NCBI RefSeq assembly: GCF_006345805.1
Contig: NW_021824355.1
Location: 1 to 18,933, forward strand
Length of the DNA stretch: 18,933 bases
Direction of reading: 5' to 3'
Origin: Octopus sinensis
Taxonomy: Eukaryota
Shown here one piece after another: positions 9,382-18,553 of this stretch (the stretch's first letter is position 1; each line of letters opens with the position of its first letter). The translations under genes were made by a program, and so were the position numbers. The notes beneath the pieces were generated by a model. That model was not told where the DNA came from, made no database searches, and saw nothing but the letters and a program-made list of their open reading frames with translations.

Positions 9382-9490
9382 TTAGGTTCCCACCGCCGCA
9401 ACAATGCCTACCCGCCACATTTCAAGGTCCATCATCACTGCCTGAAGGTCCTGGATACATTGTAGGCCAGTGTCTGCAATTAATTTCTTA
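9382..9490 (-). mobile_element. Probable 3' coding end of an RTE-clade LINE (relic)
   Basis: Minus strand KKLIADTGLQCIQDLQAVMMDLEMWRVGIVAAVGT* resembles the RTE ORF terminus DTG..xxDL..AMxDRxxWR (recalled, not searched). Confidence 0.5.
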
Positions 9491-9497
9491 CTTCAGC

Positions 9498-9499
<2 letters not shown>

Positions 9500-9559
<60 letters not shown>

Positions 9560-9601
9560 CATCATCATCATCATTATCATCATCATCATCATCATTATTA
9601 T
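9500..9601. repeat. Compound (ATT)n-(ATC)n microsatellite
   Basis: Direct reading. Confidence 0.96.
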
Positions 9602-9730
9602 TTTAGTATCTTTGTCAAACTTCTTTCGTTACACATTCTGTGACCTCTTCAGCGACTCTGTGTCCCATGTGTCTCTTCGTGTTCTGCTTATTCCATTTAG
9701 TCTGTCTTACACACACATATATATATATAC

Positions 9731-10136
9731 TCTTCTTTTACTCTTTTACTCTTTTACTTGTTCCAGTCAGTTGACTGCGGTCATGCTGGAGCACCGCCTT
9801 TAATCGAGCAACTCGACCCCGGGACTTATTCTTTTGTAAGCCCAGTACTTATTCTATCGGTCTCTTTTGCCGAACCGCTAAGTAACGGAGACATGAACAC
9901 ACCAGCATCGGTTGTCAAGCAATGCTAGGGGGACAAACACAGACACACAAACACACACACGCATATATATACATATATACGACGGGCTTCTTTCAGTTTC
10001 CGTCTGCCAAATCCACTCACAAGGCTTTGGTCGGCCTGAGGCTATAGTAGAAGACAGTTGCCCAAGGTGCCACGCAGTGTGACTGAACCCGGAACCATGT
10101 GGTTGGTAAACAAGCTACTTACCCCACAGCCACTCC

Positions 10137-10140
<4 letters not shown>
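9731..10140 (-). mobile_element. Near full-length tRNA-derived SINE (family C)
   Basis: Minus-strand head gcaggagtggctgtggggtaagtagc...ggttccgggttcagtc, then ggcaccttgggcaactgtcttctactatagcc, with a (GAGTAAAA)n-like tail. Confidence 0.88.

Positions 10141-10142
<2 letters not shown>

Positions 10143-10230
<88 letters not shown>
10143..10230. repeat. Perfect 88-bp palindrome (CT)14(AT)16(AG)14
   Basis: Counted directly: CT run 10141-10170, AT run 10171-10202, AG run 10203-10230. Confidence 0.95.
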
Positions 10231-10233
<3 letters not shown>

Positions 10234-10239
10234 GAGAGG

Positions 10240-10580
10240 AGACCCCCTTCGGTCATGAATGACCATTGGATTGCATCTAGAAAGTTACCCCCCGAGGCAC
10301 AAGTCCGGGCGAGGTTGTTTGTGGAAGACCAGCAGTCGCCCATGCATACCAGCCTCCCCTCTTCACACCACCGATGTTATCCAAGGAAAACGCTGATACA
10401 GCTTGGCACCAGTGATGTTGCAACTCATTTCTACAGATGAGTGAACTGGAGCAACGTGAAATAAAGAGTCATGCTCAAGACGCACAACACGCAGCCAGGT
10501 CCGGGAATCGAACTCACAGCCTCGAACTCACAACCTCACGATCTTAAACTCAACGCTCTAACCAGTGAGCCATGCGCCTT
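10240..10580 (-). mobile_element. Near full-length tRNA-derived SINE (family B), central domain possibly MetaSINE-like
   Basis: Minus strand ggcgcatggctcactggttagagc...gagttcgattcccggacc (A/B boxes), then cttgagcatgactctttatttcacgttgctccagttcactc; the domain name is inference. Confidence 0.88.
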
Positions 10581-10590
10581 CACACACACA

Positions 10591-10621
<31 letters not shown>

Positions 10622-10654
10622 CGCACATAACACACACATATATATATATATATA

Positions 10655-10741
10655 GGATTGACTGTGTGGCAGTAGCTTGCTTAACAACCACATGGTTCCG
10701 GTTCCGTCCCACTGCGTGATACCTTGGACAAGAGTGTCTTC

Positions 10742-10815
<74 letters not shown>

Positions 10816-10844
10816 AAGGAAAATAGATCGTTACATACATATAT

Positions 10845-10878
<34 letters not shown>

Positions 10879-11118
10879 AACTTGCTTGTCCCTGAGTCTT
10901 TGTGTCCTGTGTTTTTTGTCATCATCTTACCACCAAATAACTGGTGTTGTTTTGTCTACGTAACTTAGTGGTCTGGCAAACGTCACTGATGAAATAAGTA
11001 ACAGACCTACAAAGTACGTAAGTACTGGGGTTCGATTTCTTCGACTAAAGCCCTTCAGAACAATGCCCTAGAATAGCTGCAGTCTAATAATTAAAACAAT
11101 TAGAGAAAATAATAAAAG
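10655..11118 (+). mobile_element. Diverged family C SINE whose middle is replaced by (TA)n; inverted relative to 9731-10140
   Basis: Head 10655-10748 (aaccacatggttccgg...gtgtcttctactata); tail ~10880-11118 (cgtaacttagtggtctggcaaa...aagtactggggttcga). Confidence 0.75.
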
Positions 11119-11408
11119 GACAACAAGTATGTACATATTGTCAAGCTGAAAATATACCTTCTAGATATACCCAAGGACTCTGAAAAGCCATGGAGTGCTA
11201 TCGCATTTAGAGAATACTTTAGGATTCACGTTAGAGCCATCGTCAGGTCTTTCTTATTCACGCCTGCTGAGAGGAAAAATGTGGGATCATCATTTTATGA
11301 GTTATGCAACCATGGTCAAGATAAAAGCGTTACTTACGGTATGATATAAAGTTGGAAAACGATGCTCTTTCTCTATTAGTAAGTACTTCAACCTTGCTAT
11401 TTCTGAAG

Positions 11409-11430
11409 TATCTATCTATCTATCTATCTA

Positions 11431-11481
<51 letters not shown>
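11409..11481. repeat. (TATC)n microsatellite
   Basis: Direct reading. Confidence 0.95.
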
Positions 11482-11694
11482 TGATCCTTTTTTTTCCTCT
11501 TCCCCTTTTTTCCTCCTTTTTCTTCTTTTTTCATTTCTCTTTTCTTTCGTTCCTTTTCCTTTTTTTATTTTTTATTTTATTTTATTTTTTGTTCTTTTTT
11601 TCCCTCTTACGATCCCTTTTGATCGAAAACCTACGCCACCTTTTTTTTTGTTTTTTTATTTTTTCAGCCCCCAAAACAAAAGCTCTACCTTGTA

Positions 11695-11737
11695 ACTTGT
11701 CCCATCTGTGTGCAGCCCTGTGTGGCCAATAAAGAAA
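11695..11737 (+). mobile_element. 3' tail fragment of family A SINE (4110-type tail)
   Basis: ttgtcccatctgtgtgcagccctgtgtggccaataaagaaat vs ttgtcctctctgtgtttagccccttgtgggtagtaaagaaat at ~4290-4333. Confidence 0.6.
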
Positions 11738-11738
11738 T

Positions 11739-11739
<1 letters not shown>

Positions 11740-11814
<75 letters not shown>
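11740..11814. repeat. (TATC)n microsatellite
   Basis: Direct reading. Confidence 0.96.
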
Positions 11815-12229
11815 GCATCCTTGTTTGCCTTTCAGTTTTTATAGTTTGTTCCCTAACCTCCGGCTAATTTGCCACCTTCACCTCTATCATCTCACCCTTT
11901 CAATATTCTTCTACTTAAACATGTGTTAAACGAAATCAACTGAACCAAGATTACCTCATACACACACAGACACACACACACACACACACACACGCACGCG
12001 CATATATATATGTGCGTGTGTGTGTGTGCACGCGTGTAAAGTTTGTGCATGTATATATATATATAGTGAACGTGAAAGGGATATGTTGTACAAAATACTT
12101 GTTTTGTGCTCTCAACTGTACTGCCGACCTGATATACAGGGTAAATAATCTCCTCTCGTACACAGACACGCACGCACGCATACATAAACACACGTATATG
12201 CATATGCGTCCAAATATAAATATACACAC

Positions 12230-12607
12230 ACATTCATATACATGTATATATTTGTATACATTTACACACACTCAAATATATATATGTATATATGTATATA
12301 TAATTTATATATATATATATATATTATAATATATATACATATATATAAAGATGTGTGCGTATATGTATATATTTTTATATATGCATATATCTATCTATAA
12401 CTATATATATATGTGTGTGTGATATATATATATATATATATAATATATATGTATATACGTATATATGTATGTTGTATGTATATATATATGGATGGATGCA
12501 TACACACTTTTACACACGCCACCTTGTCTTATTTTCTGTTGTTTTCGTCTCTGTCTCTCCCCTTCTCTTTCTCGAGCTTTCTTTCTTTCTTTCGTTCTCT
12601 CTCACTT

Positions 12608-12679
<72 letters not shown>

Positions 12680-12940
12680 TGTATATATATATATATATTA
12701 TATATATATATATATATACATCTCTCTCTCTAAAACCATCAAGAGAGAGATACACACACATACTCTCTCTCTTTCTCTCTCTCCCTGTCTCACTCATTTT
12801 CTGCTGTCAGCCTCTCTGTCTGTCTGTCTGTCTTTCTTTCTCTCTCTGTCCCTCTCCCTCATAAATACACATTTTGTCTGTCTCGCCTCCACACAACTCT
12901 ATTTTACACATGGACACAAAGTCCTGTGTATACACACACA

Positions 12941-12985
<45 letters not shown>

Positions 12986-13165
12986 ATTCTCACACACACT
13001 CATACTCACGCACATACACATCCACACGTACAGACGTACCCCAACACACATGCATACACACACACACACCTACGCAAGCACACTCATATACACACTTTCC
13101 TCCACACACACATGCACACACGCGCGCATGCGCTCAGGCACAAATCCACACGTCTACACACACAA
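12230..13165. repeat. Extended (TA)n, (CT)n and (CA)n low-complexity block
   Basis: Direct reading. Confidence 0.9.
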
Positions 13166-13200
13166 TCAGCCTCTCCGCTACACATTAATTTCGTGCTTAC

Positions 13201-13251
13201 GTGAACTGACGTCCATTCGAATTAAAACCATTACCATGGTGACAGCTACAT
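13201..13251 (-). other. Candidate 51-nt exon (alternatively part of a regulatory island)
   Basis: Minus strand ccattgcctaacag|ATGTAGC...GTTCAC|gtaagc; open in phase 1 (VAVTMVMVLIRMDVSS) and phase 2 (CSCHHGNGFNSNGRQF). Confidence 0.3.
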
Positions 13252-13289
13252 CTGTTAGGCAATGGATTCCAAGATGGCCGCCGGCAGAG

Positions 13290-13421
13290 GTAGTAGTAGT
13301 AGTGGTAGAGGAAGAACTAGTATAAGTAGTTGTAGTAGTGATAGTAGTAGTACTACTACTAGTAGAAAAACTACCAGTAGCAGTAGTGGTAGTAGTAGAA
13401 CTAGTGGTAGTATTAGTGGTA

Positions 13422-13452
<31 letters not shown>

Positions 13453-13745
13453 CAGCAGTAGAACTAGTGGTAGTAATAGTATTAGTAGTAGAACTAGTGG
13501 TGCTAGTAGTAGTAGAAGTAGAGGTAGTAGTAGTTGTATTAGTAGTAGAACTAGTGGTAGTAGTAGTAGTAATAGTTGTAGAACTACTAGTAGTAGTAGT
13601 GGTAGTAGTAGTAGTAGTACTAGTAGTGGTGGTGGTGGTGGTGGTGGTAATGGTGGTAGAATTAGTAATAGTAGTAGTAGCAATGACAGTAGTAGTAGAA
13701 GTAGAGGTGGTAGTCATCATCATCGTTGTAGTAGTAGTAGTAGCT
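13290..13745. repeat. Degenerate (TAG)n tract, ~450 bp
   Basis: Direct reading. Confidence 0.95.
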
Positions 13746-14166
13746 GTTTTGCGGTGTTGGTGGTTATCGGGTAGCAATTGTAGATTGTTTAGTGGTGGAG
13801 GTGGTGGTGGTGGGGATGGTGGTGGGCGCTAGGATGGTTACGTTGGTAGCGTTGGGGTAATTGTTGGGTAGTCAAGGGGGTGGCTGTGGTAGACTTCGGG
13901 ATGATTGTGAGTGGTTGCTGATGGTTGAAGTAGGATGGTCGAGTTGGCAGGACGGTGATAGTGATAGGGGTGGTGGTAGTGATGATTGTTGTAGAGAGAA
14001 GAAGAATTTCGGGTGCTGTTTGATGCTGGGGCGGACTTCTCCATGGTGTAATTAAATATGTTAGAAATAGCAGCTAAATCTCTATCTAATTTCACCACAC
14101 TCTTTTTAAATTAAAAGTAGGGCATGCAAGATAAGTTAATACAACTCCAGTTGTTATATAATCGAT

Positions 14167-14308
14167 GGCAGAGTCGCGTGTGGAAGTGCTTGGTTTATGA
14201 TCGAAGGGTCACGGATTCGATTCCTGAAACAACTTGCACTTGTGTCCTTGAGCATGTCACTTCATTTCACGTTGTTCAACTGCAGTCAGCAGTAAATAAA
14301 TACCAGTT
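14167..14308 (+). mobile_element. Diverged 5' half of a family B SINE
   Basis: B-box-like ggattcgattcct, then tgtgtccttgagcatgtcacttcatttcacgttg. Confidence 0.7.
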
Positions 14309-14327
14309 ATCAGCTGGTGCATCTCTG

Positions 14328-14365
<38 letters not shown>

Positions 14366-14799
14366 GTCGCCCTCCAGTAGTCACATCCTTGGTGTTTCTT
14401 TGGGCCAAGAGTGAAGGTTTCGGAAAGTATATCTACGTTTTCTCCTGACTAAGTAAATATCTAGAACAATTGGTGAAAGCGTGGCACATGTTATCAATCT
14501 ATACTCTATATCATGTGATGAGTAGCTGTAATGTACATAAAATGATCGACGAAATAAAAAGATAGAATGCATATGGAACAAGAGTTCGCAACAATTTTTT
14601 TATCTATGGATCCCTTTGATTACTATTTTATTCTGATGGGCCTCCATAGTCATTTGATGTTTAAAAACTAGTTTTATGAATTCTTTCTAAATTCCTATTT
14701 TGTTTATCACACATTGTGTAGGTTGATCTATGTAAAATGATAGAGAAAGAAACCCAGCTGTATCTTGCAATACATACCAATACATAGAAGCTGGAGCAA

Positions 14800-14995
14800 C
14801 CGGAAGGGGCAGCTGTCAGGCGTGCGCAGGCAGCGGTGAATTGGGTCTTTCCAACGTAGGTCGTCCAGGTGACAAAACGTGTGAGGACGGTCGCTAAGGG
14901 TTTGAGTGAGCAGCTGCTATCTTTAGTGTTCGGGTCGGGGCTGTGTCGAAGGATTAGTTACCACAGAAGGGTCTCCATCACGAAGAAGAGAAGGT
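14800..14995 (+). promoter_or_regulatory. CpG-rich island: possible promoter/first exon
   Basis: CCGGAAG (ETS-like) 14800-14806, GCGTGCGCA (NRF1-like) 14820-14828, about 15 CpG in ~230 bp, donor AAG|GTAGGT at 14994. Confidence 0.25.
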
Positions 14996-15049
14996 AGGTG
15001 CCTTTATATTCAAATCGCGCACTCACAACACATACATCTAAAGCAAAGT

Positions 15050-15171
15050 TTTTTTCAAGGGCCCTTAAAATACTATTGTGGATCCTGGATTTACAGTTGT
15101 GCTGCGTGGACCCACAAGAATCTTATATGGACCATCAGGTGCCATATATGGACCTTGGTTGAGAACCACTG
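15050..15171 (-). mobile_element. Possible hAT/Charlie-type non-autonomous element end
   Basis: 15158-15171 reverse complement is CAGTGGTTCTCAAC, a typical hAT-Charlie terminus; partner TIR not found. Confidence 0.45.
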
Positions 15172-15289
15172 ATATAGATAAAACGCCTGCCATTTTAGAT
15201 CTCATGGACCGAAATGCCACTAGCACCACCGCGACAAGAAACGACGACGACGACGACGGAGGTCACAACAACGAAGCAACGACAAAGAA

Positions 15290-15713
15290 CGCGGTTTCGA
15301 TTCCCAGACCGGGCATTGTCAGTGTTTATTGAGCAAAAACAACTAAGCTCCACGAGGCTCCGGTGGGGAGGGTGAACCCCGGTGTAGTCTTTCACCACAA
15401 CTTTTTCTCACACTTTCTTTCTACTTCTGCCACAAAGCAGAGGAACCATGGTGTAACCCACTATGGTGTGGTAAACTTTCAGACCCAAGTCTAGATTGCG
15501 AATCCTCTGTACCCCAGGATGGTTCAGCTCCCCACCAGTAAAGGCCACCGTTAACGGAATGAGGGTAACAACGTAGCTTTCGTGCCCGTGCAACAACTGC
15601 CAATCTATCGCGTGTGGTGGGTGGATCTTCAATTTGCCACACGCGTTCTTAGTAGCTTAGAGTAGGCTCGGATTAGAGATTATTCTTTGTGGCTAATGGC
15701 GTGAGTCCTGATT
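15290..15713 (+). mobile_element. 5'-truncated tRNA-derived SINE-like element (family D) ending in (GAA)n
   Basis: B-box GGTTTCGATTCC at 15293-15304, then gtgtttattgagcaaaaacaactaagctccacgaggctccgg; assignment of 15440-15713 to the same element is inferred. Confidence 0.6.
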
Positions 15714-16083
15714 GGAAGAAGAAGAAGAAGAAGAAGAAGAAGAAGAAGAAGAAGAAGAAGAGAAGAAGAAGAAAAGAAAGGGAAGAACGAAGAAGAGGAA
15801 GAAAAGAAAGAGGGAAGGAAGAAAAGAAGAAGGAAGGAAAAAGAAAAAAGAAAAAGAAAAAGGAGAGAAGAGGAGAGGATGAGGAGGAGGAGGAGGGGAG
15901 GAAAGAAGAAAGGAGGAGGAGGAGGAGATGAGAGAGAAGAAGAAGAAGAAGAAGAGAAAGAAGAAGGAGAAAAGGAGAAAGAGAGAAGAAAAGAAGAAGA
16001 AGAAGGAGAAAGAAGAAAGGAAGAGAAGAGAAGAGAAGAGGAGGAGGTGGAGAAGAAGAAGAAAGAAGAAGAAGAAGAAGAGA
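15714..16083. repeat. 370-nt polypurine tract starting with (GAA)15
   Basis: Only 4 pyrimidines on the + strand (15788, 15880, 15929, 16048). Confidence 0.96.
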
Positions 16084-16157
16084 CGACAACGACGTCGACG
16101 GCAGCGATTTCGACGGCTACGACGGCGACGTCGGACATGACGACTGGGGTGGGGACC

Positions 16158-16192
<35 letters not shown>

Positions 16193-16300
16193 AACGTGTA
16201 CGACAGCTTAGATTATTTACGAACGACAACAACAACCGACGATCGCAATTACGACGACAACGACGACGACGGTGGCGGCGAGAGCAACAACGACGACGAA
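16084..16300. repeat. Degenerate (GAC)n/(AAC)n tract
   Basis: Direct reading. Confidence 0.9.
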
Positions 16301-16844
16301 GGTAAATTTTTCACTGTTGCTAATAAGAGAATTCAACACGTTTTCAATTCTTGGTGGCAACCAATTTATTTCCCCCCCCCCGTATTGTCTGTCTGTCTGT
16401 ACGTCGTCGTCGTTAATACTTAATTCTCTCGAGTAAAGTTTGAGCACGGGGCAATCCAATTTCTTCTGCTAGCAATACTGGGTTTCCACACTTAAAGAAA
16501 TCAATGTTGTTTAAGGAGTTGTCTTGGCAGTTATGGCCGTTTAATTCAGTTTGTGTGTGCTCGCTGACGACGTGTAAACCACAAGGTTTAATATATATAT
16601 TATTAGCATTACATGCATATGTTCTTTAATTAAAATTACAGCACCAATCATTAATTAATTAGACAACTAATTACGATGGGTTAGTTGAGAGAAATTCGAC
16701 CCGCAAGGCCTGGCAGTAATTGACTTTCTATAACTGAAGATAGAAGGATACGGCGTGTGTCTACATCCGCATCGTTTTAATTACTTTTCGGAATATAATT
16801 CCCAGTTTATATTTAACATTATGTATCGATACCTGCAACGGGGA

Positions 16845-16861
16845 GAGCGAGAGAGAGAAGA

Positions 16862-16906
<45 letters not shown>
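16845..16906. repeat. (GA)n microsatellite
   Basis: Direct reading. Confidence 0.95.
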
Positions 16907-16908
<2 letters not shown>

Positions 16909-16974
16909 TGTGTGTTAAATGTCAAGGTTTCAGCTGCGCTGGGCTACAAACAACAATTCTAACATCTGTCCATT

Positions 16975-17510
16975 CGTGTATGTGTATATGCATGTATGTA
17001 TGTTGTTGTGTTCATGATGTATGTATGATGTATGATGTAGTATGTATGTATGCAGTATGTATGTATGTATGTATGTATGTAGAATGTATGATGATGTATG
17101 TATGTATGTATGTATGTATGTATTTATGTATGCCATGTATGTATGTATGTATGTATGTATGATGTATGCATGTATATATGTATGTATGTAGAGTATGTAT
17201 GTAGTTATGTATGTATGTATGTATGCATGCATGTATGTATGTATGCATGTATGTATGTATGTATTTGTGTATGTATGTAGGCTATGTATGTATGTATACA
17301 TGTATGTATGCATGCATGTATACATATGTATGTATGTAGGTATGTATGGGTGTATGCATGTATGTATGTATGGTATGTATGTATGCATGCATGTATGTTG
17401 TTGCATGTATGTATGTATGCATGTATGTATGTATGTAGTTTGTGTATGTATGTATGCCTGTATGTATGTACAGGATGGATGCATGCAATGTATAATCGTA
17501 TGTATGTAGG
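16975..17510. repeat. Long degenerate (TATG)n
   Basis: Direct reading. Confidence 0.96.
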
Positions 17511-17522
17511 TGGTATTGTACC

Positions 17523-17524
17523 TA

Positions 17525-17559
<35 letters not shown>

Positions 17560-17604
17560 TTGCATCTCTTTTCGACGAGCAGCATGCTCTGCTGCATTCT
17601 TACA

Positions 17605-17656
<52 letters not shown>
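17523..17656. repeat. (CT)n(TATC)n followed by (CA)n
   Basis: Direct reading. Confidence 0.93.
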
Positions 17657-17658
<2 letters not shown>

Positions 17659-17829
17659 CACTGTATGTTACGTTCTACCGGTTACAACCCCTCCCAGCAA
17701 GTCATATATCTTACCAGATATAGCAGCCAAATCTCCACTCTATTCTCTTAAGTAATTGTCCCTGATTTAGTCGTAAGACTCACAGTTACTAGCGAGTGGG
17801 GATTCGTGGTTACCACCAACCAGAATATT

Positions 17830-17955
17830 TGATTCATATTTTAATGTATTGACCCTGGAAGGAAGAAAGATAAATTTGACCTCAGTGGGATGTGAACTCA
17901 GAACATAAAGAACCTCAAGTGATGCTGTTATGCATTGTGTAGATGATCCTCTCTA
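17830..17955 (-). mobile_element. Diverged family A SINE
   Basis: ttgaccctggaaggaagaaagataaatttgacctcagtgggatgtgaactcagaac matches the reverse complement of the 4110 units. Confidence 0.7.
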
Positions 17956-17962
17956 AGATCTA

Positions 17963-18108
17963 GTCAATTACATTGACCCCTGGTACTTATTTCATCGACC
18001 ATGAAAGAATGAAAGACAAAGTCGACCTCAGCGGGATTTGAACTCAGAATGTATAGACGGACAAAAATGCTGTTAAGCATTTTGTTCGGTGTGGTTACAA
18101 TTGTTTAT
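17963..18108 (-). mobile_element. Family A SINE, tandem with the previous copy
   Basis: ctggtacttatttcatcgacc...gacaaagtcgacctcagcgggatttgaactcagaatgta matches the reverse complement of 4800-4900. Confidence 0.82.
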
Positions 18109-18553
18109 CCTGTCTTCAGTAATGAAACGACATATTTGATAATGCTGTCTTAAATTCTTCTAAAAAATGGAATGGTCGTGGCTGGAATGCCTTTCACGCT
18201 AGCTGTTTTCGATCAAGTAACTTGCTTTGGATTAAACAATGACGATAGCATCAACAACAACTATGTAACAACCATGTACAATTCGTCCCACGATGAAGCA
18301 TTTCATCGGGCATAGTGCCAGTATTAATAATTAGCAATTACTACATTACTTTAGGCAAATTACATTCTATGCTCGCAACAATTTTCTTTTATGCGTTGGT
18401 TGCCAAAGAAGATGTAAGCAGTAACAACAGAATGCAAATTAAGATTTGGCTACAATTTCCGAAGGGGCGAGGTTTCCCCGTTAGCTTGATGTGCTATGAT
18501 TCGTATCATAAATACATGGCCATGAGTTTCCTGGAGAAGACCAATCGATTACA

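Noticed and set aside
10500-10580. tRNA genes at A/B-box motifs (also 4110, 7191, 10090-10140, 14167, 15290)
   Set aside because: No complete cloverleaf or terminator is evident, and each runs into SINE body sequence found elsewhere in the window
11210-11252. Minus-strand CTGACGA...TAAAGTATTC hammerhead-like motif
   Set aside because: GAAA is mutated, stem I does not pair and there is no PLE context
13178-13832. Ser-rich 170-aa (MDSKMAAGRG...) and mucin-like Thr-rich 199-aa ORFs
   Set aside because: They lie in (TAG)n, where several frames are open simultaneously on both strands, as expected for the repeat
14814-14837. CQACAGSG, a DnaJ-like CxxCxGxG motif
   Set aside because: Single motif in a short frame without a start; DnaJ needs four repeats and a J-domain
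16600-16680. Cluster of TAAT/TAATTA homeodomain-like sites
   Set aside because: Expected by chance in very AT-rich sequence; unsupported without conservation data
16785-16832. Minus-strand exon VSIHNVKYKLGIIFRK
   Set aside because: The acceptor pyrimidine tract is just the (GA)n repeat and the donor AAA|GTAATT is weak
899-17755. Dozens of ORFs with poly-YI, HT, CV, V, T, L, YLSI or MYVC
   Set aside because: They are translations of di-, tri- and tetranucleotide repeats, which lack stops in some frames; no coding evidence
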